Source: Dehalococcoidia bacterium
Lineage (GTDB): Bacteria > Chloroflexota > Dehalococcoidia > GIF9 > AB-539-J10
Direction of reading: 5' to 3'
Length of the DNA stretch: 64,000 bases
NCBI GenBank assembly: GCA_016930935.1
Contig: JAFGFT010000019.1
Location: 5,664 to 69,663, forward strand
The position numbers and the translations under genes were made by a program. The first letter of the stretch is position 1. Each line of letters begins with the position of its first letter. The notes under the pieces are model-generated. The model worked only from the letters and a program-made list of their open reading frames with translations. It did not search any database and had not been told where the DNA came from. This document shows, in pieces, positions 17,511 through 28,639 of the stretch.

Positions 17511-17987
17511 GTGACTGATTCACTACTCACGCTTGACGACATGAAGAAATCTATCGGAACGAAGTCAAAGCCGCACGTGCTGCACATAGAGAAGGAACTC
17601 GTGAGGCGCTTCGTCGAGGCCGTACAGGATACAAACCCGCAATGGACGGGTGAACAGGGCACCGCCGAAGACGGCGCCATCGTACCCCCACAACTCTTCT
17701 GCGCAATCATGACCATTGCCCCCTGCAGCAAGGAGTCAGGGGTGATTCCCATACCGGTCCCCGAGGCACCGTTGCCGCGAGAGAACGTGCTGGAGGGTGA
17801 GGAGACCTGGGAGTTCCTCACACCGGTCAGAATCGGCGATGTTCTCACCTCACAAACCACGTTGACGGATGTCAAGCAACGCGAAGGACGTCTCGGAGAG
17901 ATGTTCATACTGGAATACGAGGCTGTGACCACGAATCAGAGGGGAGAAGTAGTTGCGAAGAGTATCAACACTATCGTGAATTACTGA
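17511..17987 (+). CDS. MaoC-dehydratase N-terminal/FAS1-like hotdog protein
   Basis: GTG start after AGGAGG; IEKELVRRFVEAVQDTNP, PVRIGDVLT. Confidence 0.8.
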   Translation: MTDSLLTLDDMKKSIGTKSKPHVLHIEKELVRRFVEAVQDTNPQWTGEQGTAEDGAIVPPQLFCAIMTIAPCSKESGVIPIPVPEAPLPRENVLEGEETWEFLTPVRIGDVLTSQTTLTDVKQREGRLGEMFILEYEAVTTNQRGEVVAKSINTIVNY

Positions 17988-18006
17988 CATGGCAGGGGGT
18001 GGAGAG

Positions 18007-18825
18007 ATGGGATTCAAGCGGAAGCTCCGTGAGGCGGTAGCCCTCAACAACAGCCTGTTGTGTGTCGGGCTGGACCCTGACCCTGAACTGATGCCTGCAG
18101 GGCTCAGCATCGCGCAATTCAACAGGGAAATCATAGACGCAACGAAGGACCTCGTCTGCGCATACAAGCCGAACCTCGCGTTCTTTGAGGCGGAGGGAAT
18201 TGAAGGACTTCGAGCCCTTGAAGAGACTCGCTCGTACATACCGTCCCATATCCCTGTCATCGGTGATGCCAAGCGTGGTGACATCGGCAACACCGCCAAT
18301 AAGTACGCCTACGCGCTGTTCGAGTCATTCGGGTTCGATGCGGCAACGGTCAACCCGTACCTCGGACTCGACTCTGTTGCACCATTCTTCAACTACTGCG
18401 ATAAGGGAGTCTTTCTCCTTTGCCGTACCTCAAATCCAAGTGCACGAGATTTCCAGGACCTTGTCGTGGACGGCCAGCCTCTGTATGAGCACGTAGCAAT
18501 GAAGGCGATAGAGTGGAATCTCTACGGCAATATCGGACTCGTTGTGGGCGCCACGTATCCGGAAGAACTGTCACGACTGAGAGAGTTGTGCCCCACAATG
18601 CCGTTCCTGATACCGGGCATCGGCCACCAGGGAGGAGACCTGCCGGAGGTGGTCCGTCGCGGCACGGACAAGTTCGGCATGCAGGCCGTCATCAACTCGT
18701 CACGCGCCGTCCTGTACGCATCGGCAGGCTCTGATTTCGCAGCGGCGGCACGCTCCATCGCAACCATTTCCCGCGACGAGATAAACATCTACCGCCCATC
18801 CATGACTGAACCTGGTGTCGAGTAA
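18007..18825 (+). CDS. pyrF: Orotidine-5'-phosphate decarboxylase
   Basis: LCVGLDP, YKPNLAFFE, DAKRGDIGNT, VVGAT, LIPGIG. Confidence 0.95.
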   Translation: MGFKRKLREAVALNNSLLCVGLDPDPELMPAGLSIAQFNREIIDATKDLVCAYKPNLAFFEAEGIEGLRALEETRSYIPSHIPVIGDAKRGDIGNTANKYAYALFESFGFDAATVNPYLGLDSVAPFFNYCDKGVFLLCRTSNPSARDFQDLVVDGQPLYEHVAMKAIEWNLYGNIGLVVGATYPEELSRLRELCPTMPFLIPGIGHQGGDLPEVVRRGTDKFGMQAVINSSRAVLYASAGSDFAAAARSIATISRDEINIYRPSMTEPGVE

Positions 18826-18834
18826 TAGGACCGC

Positions 18835-19047
18835 GTGGAACCTGAAGTGCAGGCCGGCGATACGGTGACTCTTCGCAAGCCCCACCCCTGTGGCGGAAAG
18901 GCTTGGCTGGTCACAAGAACGGGGGCTGATATCGGACTCAGATGCCTCCAGTGTGGGCACGTGGTCCTCCTGCCGCGCCATGAGTTCCGCACGCGCGTAA
19001 AGACCATCGAGAGACCATCCGCGGGCACAGAAACGGACTCCAAGTAA
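18835..19047 (+). CDS. DUF951-family protein
   Basis: LRKPHPCG..W...RTGADIGLRC..CGH. Confidence 0.85.
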   Translation: MEPEVQAGDTVTLRKPHPCGGKAWLVTRTGADIGLRCLQCGHVVLLPRHEFRTRVKTIERPSAGTETDSK

Positions 19048-19108
19048 CTGACGCCCAGGGCGTTATGTTAGTATTGCACAACGAGGCCCATACTATCTCG
19101 CTCACGCC

Positions 19109-20263
19109 ATGATACGCTGCATCTTCCACGTCGACCTGGATGCGTTCTTCGTATCCGTTGAGCAACTGCATGACCCTTCGCTCAAGGGCAAGCCGGTTAT
19201 CGTTGGCGGACATCCCGGCACACGAGGAGTCGTCGCTGCCGCCTCCTACGAGGCGCGCAGCCATGGAGTCCACTCTGCCATGCCCCTTGTGCAGGCACAG
19301 CGGCTCTGTCCACGCGCCATCTTCGTTCCCACCCATTTCGGGCGCTATGTGGAAGCGTCGGGGCGTTTCATGGAATTGCTGGACAGCATGGCACCGGTGA
19401 CCGAGCCACTCAGCCTGGACGAAGCCTTCCTGGACATGACCGACGTGTGCCCCGACTTCAAGGAATCAAGAGAGTACGCGCAAAGCCTGAAACAGCGGGT
19501 CCGGGACGAACTGGGGCTCGTGGCGTCCGTCGGAGTCGCCCCCTGCAAGATTGTGGCCAAGGTGGCTTCAGACTATGACAAGCCCGATGGACTCGTACTT
19601 GTGCTCCCGGGGGAGGAAGCCGCGTTCCTGGCAGGATTGCCCGCAGGCAAGCTACCCGGCGTAGGTCCGAAGACAGGTCAGATTCTCAGAGAACTGGGAG
19701 TGGAGACAATCGGACAACTGGCCGCACTGTCGCCCGGTGCAGCGCACCTCCGTCTCGGCAGATACGGAGACCTGTTGCGGCAGCATGCGCAGGGCATAGA
19801 CAACAGCAAGGTGGAACCCCGTGGCGAAGCCAAGAGCATGAGCAGGGAGACGACCTTCCAGACCGATACCCGCGATGTTTCCCTGCTACACAAGACCCTG
19901 CGTTCCATGTGCGAGCATCTCGCGCGCGACCTTCACTCTCACAAGAAGCGCGCCGCTACGGTCACTCTCAAACTCCGCTATGAAGATTTCCAGACCGTCA
20001 CACGGCAGTCTTCGTTGAGAGAGCAATCTGACATGGCAGGCACGTTTTTCGACGCAGCATCGGCGCTCCTCTGGCACCTGCTCTCCGCAAATGAGCAGCG
20101 TATCCGCCTCATCGGCGTACGGGTGTCACGACTCTCCGGACCCGAATGTCAGCTCGACATGTTTTCACCGGAAGTACAGCGCACACAGAACCTGGAGCAG
20201 GCAATCGCGCGCATCAACCGTCGCTTCGGAGAGGGGGCGATACGTACGGGAAGGTCCATCTGA
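19109..20263 (+). CDS. dinB: DNA polymerase IV
   Basis: HVDLDAFFVSVE, SYEAR, SLDEAFLD, KPDG, RLIGV. Confidence 0.95.
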   Translation: MIRCIFHVDLDAFFVSVEQLHDPSLKGKPVIVGGHPGTRGVVAAASYEARSHGVHSAMPLVQAQRLCPRAIFVPTHFGRYVEASGRFMELLDSMAPVTEPLSLDEAFLDMTDVCPDFKESREYAQSLKQRVRDELGLVASVGVAPCKIVAKVASDYDKPDGLVLVLPGEEAAFLAGLPAGKLPGVGPKTGQILRELGVETIGQLAALSPGAAHLRLGRYGDLLRQHAQGIDNSKVEPRGEAKSMSRETTFQTDTRDVSLLHKTLRSMCEHLARDLHSHKKRAATVTLKLRYEDFQTVTRQSSLREQSDMAGTFFDAASALLWHLLSANEQRIRLIGVRVSRLSGPECQLDMFSPEVQRTQNLEQAIARINRRFGEGAIRTGRSI

Positions 20264-20296
20264 TACAGGGATACGGCCCCTTCCAGAATGGAGGAC

Positions 20297-20326
20297 TTGA
20301 CAGCTCCATACACATCCCTTTACTAT
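20297..20326 (+). promoter_or_regulatory. Sigma70-type promoter of the ilv-leu operon
   Basis: TTGACA-18 nt-TACTAT. Confidence 0.6.
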
Positions 20327-20341
20327 TCAACGGTAACTGAC

Positions 20342-20440
20342 ATGAACACGACCAGTCGTATAGCGTCTTTGGGCCTCATCCTTATTAGCATCCTTATTAT
20401 CGTGCGCACCGAGCGTGCGACCGGGGGGCTTGTCAGCTAG
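20342..20440 (+). CDS. Branched-chain amino acid attenuator leader peptide (MNTTSRIASLGLILISILIIVRTERATGGLVS)
   Basis: Ile/Leu/Val run, followed by an antiterminator segment and terminator, directly upstream of ilvB. Confidence 0.85.
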   Translation: MNTTSRIASLGLILISILIIVRTERATGGLVS

Positions 20441-20463
20441 ACGACGTAGGCAAAGCATTTAGC

Positions 20464-20500
20464 AGAGGGGTTCTCCGGTAGGAGAGCCCCTCTTTTTTTT
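20464..20500 (+). terminator. Attenuator terminator of the ilv-leu operon
   Basis: AGAGGGGTTCTCC-GGTA-GGAGAGCCCCTCT-T run. Confidence 0.88.
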
Positions 20501-20538
20501 ACCATTTCCGGGAAAGTAGCGTTCGAGAAAGGAGAACC

Positions 20539-22233
20539 ATGAAGAAGACAGGTGCACAAATACTCTGCGAAAGCCTCTTGAAAGAGGGAGTGGACGTGAT
20601 TTTCGGCCTATCCGGCGGCACTGTCATTCCGATGTACGATGCATTCTCTGAGTATCCCCAGATTCACCGGGTCCTGGTGCGCCACGAGCAGGCAGCCGCT
20701 CACGCTGCAGCCGGCTATTCGCGCACACGGCAGAAAGTTGGTGTCTGCGTTGCCACATCCGGCCCCGGCGCCACGAACCTCGTGACCGGCATCACCGATG
20801 CATACCTCGATTCGACTCCCATCGTAGCCATCACAGGGCAGGTAGCCCGCTCCTTCATCGGCAAAGACGCTTTCCAGGAAACTGACATCACCGGTATCAC
20901 GCTCCCCGTCGTCAAGCACAGCTATCTCGTCCGGCACGCATCGGATATAGCCCGCGTCGTCAAGGAGGCATTCCACATCGCCGCAACCGGGAAGCCGGGC
21001 CCCGTACTCATCGACATCCCGAAGGATGTCCAGCTTGAAGAGGCCGAGTACTCCTACCCGGAATCGGTCGACCTGCCTGGCTACAAGCCAGACGTCAGGA
21101 CCGACCCGGTGCAGGTTGCGCGTGTGGCAGAACTGCTCAACCGGTCCGAACGGCCCGTCGTCATTTCGGGAAGGGGCGTTATCGTCTCTGGTGCTCATGA
21201 GGAACTGAAGACCCTCGCTGAAACCTTGCAGGCTCCCGTGGTGCACACGCTGATGGGCCTCGGGTCGTTCCCTCCCCAGCACCCTCTCAACATGGGACTA
21301 TTCGGCATGCACGGTTCTGTGTACGCGAACCGTGCGGTGCAGGATGCTGACCTCATCCTTGCCGTTGGCACTCGACTGGGTGACCGCGCAACCATGAAGG
21401 CGGAAGAGTTCGCACCCAACGCGATTCTCGTCCACGTGGACATAGACCCCGCAGAGATAAACAAGAACGTGATTGCCTTCACGTCGCTCGTCGGCGACGC
21501 GAAGAACGCCCTCGGACAGCTCAATCCCCTGATGGAGAAGGTCGACCGTGCCGGGTGGCTCGCGAAGGTGACCTCGTGGCGCGCCGCGAATCCCATGGAG
21601 GAATACACGGGAAGTGCGAAGCTCTCCACGCGAAGAGTGATTCGTGAGATATATCAGGCAACGGATGACCATTCCATAGTCGTCACCGGCGTCGGTCAGC
21701 ACCAGATGTTTGCCGCACAGGAATTTGCCGCGACTCGAGCGAACTGCTTCATCTCATCAGGAGGGCTGGGCACCATGGGCTTCGAACTGCCGGCAGCGAT
21801 GGGTGCCCAGATAGCCTGTCCGGATGCAAGCGTCTGGGTCATGGCGGGAGAAGGCGGCTTCCAGATGACCATGCAGGAGCTTTCGACAATCATCCAGGAA
21901 GGACTGCCCATCAAGATAGCGGTGCTCAACAACGGCTACCTCGGCATGGTGCGGCAATGGCAGGACATGTTCATGGCGCACAACCTGGTTGACGTTGCCA
22001 TCCACTCTCCCAACTTCGTGAAACTGGCCGATGCATACGGGATTTCCGCTGAGAAGGTGGAGACTCCGGAGCAGGTGGGCCCCGCCATCCAGAGAGCGAA
22101 GAACCATGCCGGACCGTACCTGATTGAGTTCACGGTTGACCCGGAAGAGAACGTGTACCCCATGGTCGCTCCGGGACAGAGCCTGAGTTGCATGATAGAC
22201 GCACCAAAGAAAGTACTGGCAGGAAAGGTTTAA
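20539..22233 (+). CDS. ilvB: Acetolactate synthase large subunit
   Basis: RHEQ, TSGPGATN, DAFQE, SGGLGTMG, GMVRQWQ. Confidence 0.96.
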   Translation: MKKTGAQILCESLLKEGVDVIFGLSGGTVIPMYDAFSEYPQIHRVLVRHEQAAAHAAAGYSRTRQKVGVCVATSGPGATNLVTGITDAYLDSTPIVAITGQVARSFIGKDAFQETDITGITLPVVKHSYLVRHASDIARVVKEAFHIAATGKPGPVLIDIPKDVQLEEAEYSYPESVDLPGYKPDVRTDPVQVARVAELLNRSERPVVISGRGVIVSGAHEELKTLAETLQAPVVHTLMGLGSFPPQHPLNMGLFGMHGSVYANRAVQDADLILAVGTRLGDRATMKAEEFAPNAILVHVDIDPAEINKNVIAFTSLVGDAKNALGQLNPLMEKVDRAGWLAKVTSWRAANPMEEYTGSAKLSTRRVIREIYQATDDHSIVVTGVGQHQMFAAQEFAATRANCFISSGGLGTMGFELPAAMGAQIACPDASVWVMAGEGGFQMTMQELSTIIQEGLPIKIAVLNNGYLGMVRQWQDMFMAHNLVDVAIHSPNFVKLADAYGISAEKVETPEQVGPAIQRAKNHAGPYLIEFTVDPEENVYPMVAPGQSLSCMIDAPKKVLAGKV

Positions 22234-22237
22234 GAGA

Positions 22238-22753
22238 ATGACCGTGCAGGATAATCGACACACCCTCGTCTCACTTGTGCAGGATGAACCCGGAGTGCTT
22301 ACCCGGGTCGCGGGGCTGTTCAGACGCCGTGGATTCAACATCGAGAGTCTCTCTGTTGGCCACTGCGAGCAGCCAGGACTCTCACGGATGACCATCGTTG
22401 TCATTGGCGACGATGCCGAGGTTGAGCAGGTCACCAAACAGCTGGACAAACTCATCGATGTAGTCAGCGTGACTGATATCACCCGCGACGAAATGGTTGC
22501 CCGGGAACTCGCCCTGATGAAGGTCTCTGCGAAAGCGGAAGACAGAAGCGAGATTATGCAGATAGTGGACATCTACAGAGCGAAGATCGTTGATGTTGGC
22601 ACCGAGTCCCTCACCGTGGAGGTGACGGGAAGCGAGGACAAGATCAACTCACTATTCAACCTGCTGCATGGCTTCGGAATAAAGGAGATGGCCCGAACCG
22701 GCAGAACCGCCCTCGTCAGGGGCAATCACCAGAGCATCGACCGACACGAATAG
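22238..22753 (+). CDS. ilvN: Acetolactate synthase small subunit
   Basis: PGVLTRVAGLFRRRGFNIESL, KQLDKLIDV, EMARTG. Confidence 0.95.
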   Translation: MTVQDNRHTLVSLVQDEPGVLTRVAGLFRRRGFNIESLSVGHCEQPGLSRMTIVVIGDDAEVEQVTKQLDKLIDVVSVTDITRDEMVARELALMKVSAKAEDRSEIMQIVDIYRAKIVDVGTESLTVEVTGSEDKINSLFNLLHGFGIKEMARTGRTALVRGNHQSIDRHE

Positions 22754-22769
22754 GTAAGGAGGAATTCAA

Positions 22770-23762
22770 ATGGCAAACATCTACTACGAGAAGGACGCGG
22801 ACCTTTCGCTACTCAAGGGCAAACTGGTTGGCATCGTCGGCTACGGAAGCCAGGGCCACGCACATGCACAGAACCTCCGCGACAGCGGATGTGACGTGAT
22901 TGTTGCAAGCAAGCCCGGTGGTACCGGTTGGAAGGCCGCCGAAGCCGATGGCTTCAAAGTCATGAGCGTTGCAGATGCCACCAAGGCAGCTGACATCATC
23001 ACCATTCTCGCTCCTGACAATCTGCACGCCGAGATATACAAGGAATCGATTGGACCGAACCTGACAGCAGGCAAGACCCTCATGTTCGCGCATGGGTTCA
23101 ACGTCCACTTCTTCCAGATTGTGCCTCCCGCGGATGTTGACGTCACCATGGTTGCACCCAAGTGCCCTGGCCACATGCTGCGGGCTATCTATAAGGAAAA
23201 CGCCGGACCTCCGGCAATCGTGGCAGTTCACCAGGACGTCTCAGGCAAAGCGAAAGCGGTTGCGCTCGCCTATGCGAAAGGCATCGGCTGCACACGTGCC
23301 GGAGTCATCGAGACCACATTTGCTGAAGAGACCGAGACCGACCTCTTCGGTGAGCAGACCGTGCTGTGCGGCGGCGTGACCGCCCTCATCAAGGCCGGAT
23401 TCGACACGCTCGTCGAGGCCGGATACCAGCCGGAAATCGCCTATTTTGAGTGCCTCAATGAGCTGAAGCTCATTGTCGACCTCATCTACCAGGGCGGCAT
23501 GAAGTACATGCGCTACTCCGTCAGCGACGTTGCAGAGTTTGGCGACTACACCAGGGGACCACGTGTCGTCGGTGAGGCCGTCAAGGTAGAGATGCGCAAG
23601 ATTCTGAAGGAGATCCAGGACGGCACATTCGCACTGGAGTGGGTGGCTGAGAACCAGGCAGGCAGACCTCACTACAACTCCATGAAGCGCACCGAACAGG
23701 CAGAACTCATCGAGGTGGTCGGCGCGCAACTGAGGGAGATGATGCCATGGACGAAGAAGTAG
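22770..23762 (+). CDS. ilvC: Ketol-acid reductoisomerase
   Basis: [30 protein letters not shown]. Confidence 0.97.
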   Translation: MANIYYEKDADLSLLKGKLVGIVGYGSQGHAHAQNLRDSGCDVIVASKPGGTGWKAAEADGFKVMSVADATKAADIITILAPDNLHAEIYKESIGPNLTAGKTLMFAHGFNVHFFQIVPPADVDVTMVAPKCPGHMLRAIYKENAGPPAIVAVHQDVSGKAKAVALAYAKGIGCTRAGVIETTFAEETETDLFGEQTVLCGGVTALIKAGFDTLVEAGYQPEIAYFECLNELKLIVDLIYQGGMKYMRYSVSDVAEFGDYTRGPRVVGEAVKVEMRKILKEIQDGTFALEWVAENQAGRPHYNSMKRTEQAELIEVVGAQLREMMPWTKK

Positions 23763-23818
23763 ACATTACACGGAACGCCGAGGCCCGTGTGCCCGGCAAG
23801 AAATCAGAAGGAGCAGGA

Positions 23819-25399
23819 ATGAGCGATAGAGTGATTATCTTCGACACCACACTGAGGGATGGAGAGCAGGCTGCGGGAACGAGCCTTACTCCCAAAGAGA
23901 AGCTTGCAATCGCAATGCAACTCGACAAGCTCGGCGTTGATGTGATCGAAGCTGGTTTCCCCATCAGCTCACCGGGCGACTTCGAAGCAGTGCAACTGGT
24001 AGCAAACGAGTTGCGAAGACCTACTGTCTGCGGGCTGGCTCATTGCCGGCCCGCAGCCATCGACCGCGCGTGGGAAGCACTGCAGGGTGCGGCGCATCCA
24101 CGCATCCACATCTTCCTCTCCGCCTCGGATGTGCAACTGGCGCATATGCTCAAGAAGAGCAGGCTGGAAGCACTTGAACTGGCACGAGAGATGACCGCAA
24201 GAGCCAAAAGTTACACAGACGACGTTGAGTTCTCTCCTATGGACGCCACCAGGGCAGACGTGGGATTTCTGTACCAGTTGCTGGAAGCCGTCATCGATGC
24301 CGGGGCGACGACCGTAAACATCGCAGACACCGTCGGCTACAGCACGGTCAATGAATTCGGCGACCTCATCAAGGGCATCATGGAGAACGTGCCCAACATC
24401 GGAAAGGCATGCGTGAGCGTGCACTGCCATGATGACCTGGGAATGGCTGTTGCGAACAGCCTTGAGGCCGTCCGCCTCGGCGCGCGTCAGATTGAGTGTA
24501 CCGTCAACGGCATCGGAGAGCGAGCGGGCAATGCAGCGCTTGAGGAAGTAGTCATGGCCCTCAAGACAAGGCATGACATCTTCAACCTTGACACGAACGT
24601 GGACACCACCCAGATATCCAAGTCGAGCAGGGTGGTCAGCGAGTTGACCGGCTTCCTGGTACAGGCAAACAAGGCGATTGTTGGAGGGAATGCCTTCCGT
24701 CACCAGTCCGGCATCCACCAAGATGGAATGGTGAAAGAGTCCACGACGTACGAAATCATGGACCCTCGCTCGGTCGGAATATCCGCGAGCAGCCTCGTAC
24801 TCGGCAAGCTGAGCGGCAAGCACGCGTTCAGAGAACGCCTCGCAGAGCTTGGCTTCGCGTTGAGTGAGGAAGCACTCACACACTCGTTCCGTGCATTCAA
24901 GGAACTGGCAGACCAGAAGAGAGAGATATCCGACCGCGACCTGGAATCGCTGGTCAGCGAAGAGTTGCGCAGTGAGACCCAGGTGTACAAGCTCGACCAC
25001 GTCGACGTTGCCTGCGGTGACCACAGCCTGCACTCCGCGGCGGTCCGGCTCATCGGCCCCAAGGGGGAGATACTGTCCGATGCGGCTCTCGGTACCGGCC
25101 CGGTGGATGCCATCTACAAGGTCATCAACCGCATCGTCGGCATCCCGAACACGCTCGTAGAGTTCACTGTGAACGCCATCACTGAGGGCATGGACTCCAT
25201 CGGTGAAGTGCTCATCAGGATAGAGACCGAGGACCACCGGATATACACAGGGCGAGGTTCTTCTACCGACATTGTTGTCGCGAGCGCACGAGCTTACATG
25301 AACGCTCTGAACCGCCTCATCATCTCCCAACAGACACGGCAGGACCTGGATGCTGCGGCAGCCTCCAGCGGGAAGCCGGGAATGAAGGAGGCTGACTGA
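23819..25399 (+). CDS. leuA: 2-isopropylmalate synthase
   Basis: [33 protein letters not shown]; C-terminal regulatory domain. Confidence 0.95.
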   Translation: MSDRVIIFDTTLRDGEQAAGTSLTPKEKLAIAMQLDKLGVDVIEAGFPISSPGDFEAVQLVANELRRPTVCGLAHCRPAAIDRAWEALQGAAHPRIHIFLSASDVQLAHMLKKSRLEALELAREMTARAKSYTDDVEFSPMDATRADVGFLYQLLEAVIDAGATTVNIADTVGYSTVNEFGDLIKGIMENVPNIGKACVSVHCHDDLGMAVANSLEAVRLGARQIECTVNGIGERAGNAALEEVVMALKTRHDIFNLDTNVDTTQISKSSRVVSELTGFLVQANKAIVGGNAFRHQSGIHQDGMVKESTTYEIMDPRSVGISASSLVLGKLSGKHAFRERLAELGFALSEEALTHSFRAFKELADQKREISDRDLESLVSEELRSETQVYKLDHVDVACGDHSLHSAAVRLIGPKGEILSDAALGTGPVDAIYKVINRIVGIPNTLVEFTVNAITEGMDSIGEVLIRIETEDHRIYTGRGSSTDIVVASARAYMNALNRLIISQQTRQDLDAAAASSGKPGMKEAD

Positions 25400-26691
25400 T
25401 GGCGACGATTGCAGAGAAGATACTGGCAGCTCACTCGGGGCGAGAGACATTCTCGCCCGGTGAGTACGCCAATGTGTCCGTTGATATGGTTATGGCGAAC
25501 GACATAACCGGCCCCATCTCCGTGAAGGAGTTCCGAAAACTCGGCATCTCCCGTGTGTTTGACCCCATGAAGATTGTCATGGTCCCGGACCATTTCATCC
25601 CGAACAAGGACATCCCTTCCGCCATCCAGGCGAAGGCTATCCGAGAGTTCGCCAGGGAACAGGGAATCATCTATTTCGAGACAGGCCGTGCCGGTATTGA
25701 GCACGTCCTGTTGCCAGAGAAAGGACTCGTCGGCCCGGGACAAGTCATAATCGGTGCGGATTCTCATACCTGCACCTATGGGGCGCTCGGTGCTTTCGCA
25801 ACCGGCATGGGTTCTACAGACATCGGGATGGCGATGGCCACCGGTGATATCTGGATGAAGGTGCCCCCCACCATCAAGTTCGTCTTTCGGGGCAAACTCC
25901 AACCCTGGGTGGGAGGGAAAGACCTCATCCTGCACATTATCGGTGACATCGGCATCGATGGCGCACTCTATTCCTCGATGGAATTCTACGGAGAGGCGAT
26001 CTCCTCACTCGAAATGGATGGCCGGTTCACCATGTCCAACATGGCGATTGAGGCGGGAGCCAAAGCTGGAATCTTCCCCGTCGATGAGAAGACAGAGGCC
26101 TATGTGGCCGCGCACCCCTGTGAGTTCGGCCCCCGTCCCGTGGTGAAGTACACGACGGACAGCGACGCTGACTACGCGCGCATCATCGAATATGATGCCG
26201 CCAGTATCGAACCGTGTGTGGCATTCCCACACCTCCCCTCCAACGTGAGACCAATCAGCCAGGTGGGCACAGTCCCCATCGACCAGGTGGTCGTTGGAAG
26301 CTGTACGAACGGCAGGCTGAGCGACCTGAGAATCGCGGCAGGACTGCTGAAAGGGAAGTCCGTTCACCCATCGGTACGGTGCATCGTCATTCCCGGCTCC
26401 CAGAGAGTGTACAAAGATGCGCTTGACGAGGGTCTGCTCAGCATCTTCATGGACGCGGGAGCGGTTGTCAGCACACCGACATGTGGCCCCTGTCTTGGCG
26501 GCTACATGGGGGTGCTCGCACCGGGCGAACGTTGTGTCTCAACCACGAACCGGAACTTCGTGGGTCGGATGGGCAGTCCAGAGTCCGAAGTCTACCTTGC
26601 CGGCCCCGCGGTTGCGGCGGCAAGCGCGATTGCAGGGCAGATTGCAGGCCCCGAGGGGCTGCCAACCAGCACACAGGAGGTACCGGATTAG
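25399..26691 (+). CDS. leuC: 3-isopropylmalate dehydratase large subunit
   Basis: [28 protein letters not shown]. Confidence 0.95.
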   Translation: MATIAEKILAAHSGRETFSPGEYANVSVDMVMANDITGPISVKEFRKLGISRVFDPMKIVMVPDHFIPNKDIPSAIQAKAIREFAREQGIIYFETGRAGIEHVLLPEKGLVGPGQVIIGADSHTCTYGALGAFATGMGSTDIGMAMATGDIWMKVPPTIKFVFRGKLQPWVGGKDLILHIIGDIGIDGALYSSMEFYGEAISSLEMDGRFTMSNMAIEAGAKAGIFPVDEKTEAYVAAHPCEFGPRPVVKYTTDSDADYARIIEYDAASIEPCVAFPHLPSNVRPISQVGTVPIDQVVVGSCTNGRLSDLRIAAGLLKGKSVHPSVRCIVIPGSQRVYKDALDEGLLSIFMDAGAVVSTPTCGPCLGGYMGVLAPGERCVSTTNRNFVGRMGSPESEVYLAGPAVAAASAIAGQIAGPEGLPTSTQEVPD

Positions 26692-27194
26692 TGAGACTGC
26701 AAGGCAAGGCACACACATTCGGTGCTGACGTAGATACGGATGCAATCATTCCTGCGAGACACCTCAACGTGTCTGACCCGCAGTTGCTCGCCGCTCACTG
26801 CATGGAGAACATCGACCCGGAGTTCAGGGAACGCGTCAGCAAAGGCGATATCATTGTGGCAACAACCAACTTCGGCTGTGGTTCCTCACGCGAGCACGCG
26901 CCGATTGCAATCGCGGCGTGCGGCGTCTCCTGCGTCATCGCCCACAGCTTCGCACGTATCTTCTTCCGAAACTCAATCGATATCGGCCTCCCATTGATGG
27001 AGTGCCCGGAAGCCGTTGATGCGTGCGAGGCGGGTGATATACTGGAAGTTGACCTGACCCGCGGCGAGATACTCAACAAGACCAGGGGGAGTTCCTTCAC
27101 AGCCAAACCATACCCTGAGTTCATGATGGGCATCATCGATGCGGGCGGCCTCGTTCCCTACACAAGACATAGATTGGAGGGTCAACACGCATGA
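26691..27194 (+). CDS. leuD: 3-isopropylmalate dehydratase small subunit
   Basis: VDTDAIIPA, NFGCGSSREHA, SFARIFFRN; GTG overlaps the leuC stop. Confidence 0.95.
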   Translation: MRLQGKAHTFGADVDTDAIIPARHLNVSDPQLLAAHCMENIDPEFRERVSKGDIIVATTNFGCGSSREHAPIAIAACGVSCVIAHSFARIFFRNSIDIGLPLMECPEAVDACEAGDILEVDLTRGEILNKTRGSSFTAKPYPEFMMGIIDAGGLVPYTRHRLEGQHA

Positions 27195-28279
27195 ACTTCA
27201 GAATCGCAGTACTCCCTGGCGATGGGATAGGGCCAGAGGTAACAACCGAAGCACAGAAGGCGATGGTCGCCATCGCAGAGCGTTTCGGCCATAGCTTCGA
27301 GTTCACAGAGGGCCTGGCTGGAGGCGCAGCCATCGATGCCCAGGGCACGCCGATGCGGGATGAAACGCTGGAGCTTTGCCAGAAATCCGATGCAATTCTC
27401 TTCGGGGCCGTTGGAGGCCCGAAATGGGACAACCCCAAGGTTGATTCCCGTCCTGAGCAGGCGCTATTCAGACTGCGCAAGACACTGGACCTGTTCGCAA
27501 ACCTTCGCCCTGTACGCGCCTACCCCATGCTCGCGGAGAAGAGTCCGCTTCGACCGGAAGTGCTGCTTGGCTCAGACATCATCGTGGTGAGGGAACTTGC
27601 GGGAGGACTGTACTTCGGACAGCCAAAGAAGCGCTGGGAGACAGAGGAAGGAAGGCGCGCGGTAGACACGATGGACTATGCCGATTGGGAAATCTCCAGG
27701 ATAGTCCGTGTCGCCTGTGAGCTTGCCCGCAAGCGCAGCAAGAGGGTCACGTCCGTGGACAAGTTCAACGCGCTCATTTCTTCACGGCTCTGGCGACAGG
27801 TTGCAACAGAGATTGGCGAAGAATATGCAGACGTCGAGGTGAGCCATATGCTCGCTGACACGTTCGCCATGCAACTGGTGACAAACCCCTCGACGTTCGA
27901 CGTAATCGTCACCGGCAACATGTTCGGTGATATCTTCACAGATGAAGCTGCTGTTCTGGCAGGCTCCATGGGATTGCTACCGTCAGCCAGTCTGTCCGGA
28001 TTACCGACCGGCAGGACACTGGGTATGTATGAACCGATTCACGGTTCGGCCCCGACCATCGCCGGCAAGGGAATCGCGAATCCGCTCGCCGCAATACTGA
28101 GCGCGGCAATGCTCATGCGCTACTCTCTCGACCTTGAGGAAGAAGCGAAGACGATTGAGGACGCCGTGATGGCAGTTCTTGTCGACGGATATCGCACAGA
28201 AGACATACTGACTGCGGGGGGCAAGAAAGTCGGTACAGTACAGATGGGAGACCTTGTCGTTGAGAAACTGCGCACATAA
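27191..28279 (+). CDS. leuB: 3-isopropylmalate dehydrogenase
   Basis: PGDGIGPEV, NLRP, NMFGDI, EPIHGSAP. Confidence 0.96.
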   Translation: MNFRIAVLPGDGIGPEVTTEAQKAMVAIAERFGHSFEFTEGLAGGAAIDAQGTPMRDETLELCQKSDAILFGAVGGPKWDNPKVDSRPEQALFRLRKTLDLFANLRPVRAYPMLAEKSPLRPEVLLGSDIIVVRELAGGLYFGQPKKRWETEEGRRAVDTMDYADWEISRIVRVACELARKRSKRVTSVDKFNALISSRLWRQVATEIGEEYADVEVSHMLADTFAMQLVTNPSTFDVIVTGNMFGDIFTDEAAVLAGSMGLLPSASLSGLPTGRTLGMYEPIHGSAPTIAGKGIANPLAAILSAAMLMRYSLDLEEEAKTIEDAVMAVLVDGYRTEDILTAGGKKVGTVQMGDLVVEKLRT

Positions 28280-28284
28280 GACCA

Positions 28285-28313
28285 TTGACATCGCATCGCG
28301 TCACTCCTACAAT
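28285..28313 (+). promoter_or_regulatory. Sigma70-type promoter for ilvE1
   Basis: TTGACA-17 nt-TACAAT. Confidence 0.75.
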
Positions 28314-28341
28314 AGTGTTTCGAACACATTTCAGCAGGTTG

Positions 28342-28434
28342 ATGATGAAAGTTTTGGTCTTGCTTACAATCGTGGTGGTAGCAGCTATGGCACCCATGCG
28401 CACTGTGGGTGCGCGAGGGAGGCTCTTCCCGTAG
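28342..28434 (+). CDS. Attenuator leader peptide (MMKVLVLLTIVVVAAMAPMRTVGARGRLFP)
   Basis: Val/Leu-rich; contains GGGAGGCT complementary to the terminator 5' arm AGCCTCCC. Confidence 0.82.
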   Translation: MMKVLVLLTIVVVAAMAPMRTVGARGRLFP

Positions 28435-28474
28435 GAAGCAGGAAAGAAAAGTTCGAAAAACCTGAAGAATCAAG

Positions 28475-28509
28475 AAGAAGCCTCCCGCAGGGGAGGCTTC
28501 TTTCTGTTT
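28475..28509 (+). terminator. Attenuator terminator upstream of ilvE1
   Basis: AAGAAGCCTCCC-GCAG-GGGAGGCTTCTT-TCTGTTT. Confidence 0.8.
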
Positions 28510-28639
28510 CCCAAAAGCAGCAGAAAAGGGCAAAGAGCAACCAGCAGTGCAATGACAACACCCCAATCCTGATCATCGCACCCGGCGGTTCTGAGATAGA
28601 GAACTCGTAAAAACTCAGTGATAGGAGGAACACAATTAC

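Noticed and set aside
23969-25450. 493-aa minus-strand ORF (and similar ones at 46418-47875 and 58004-59107)
   Set aside because: Fully antisense to clearly identified genes (leuA, symporter, dehydrogenase)
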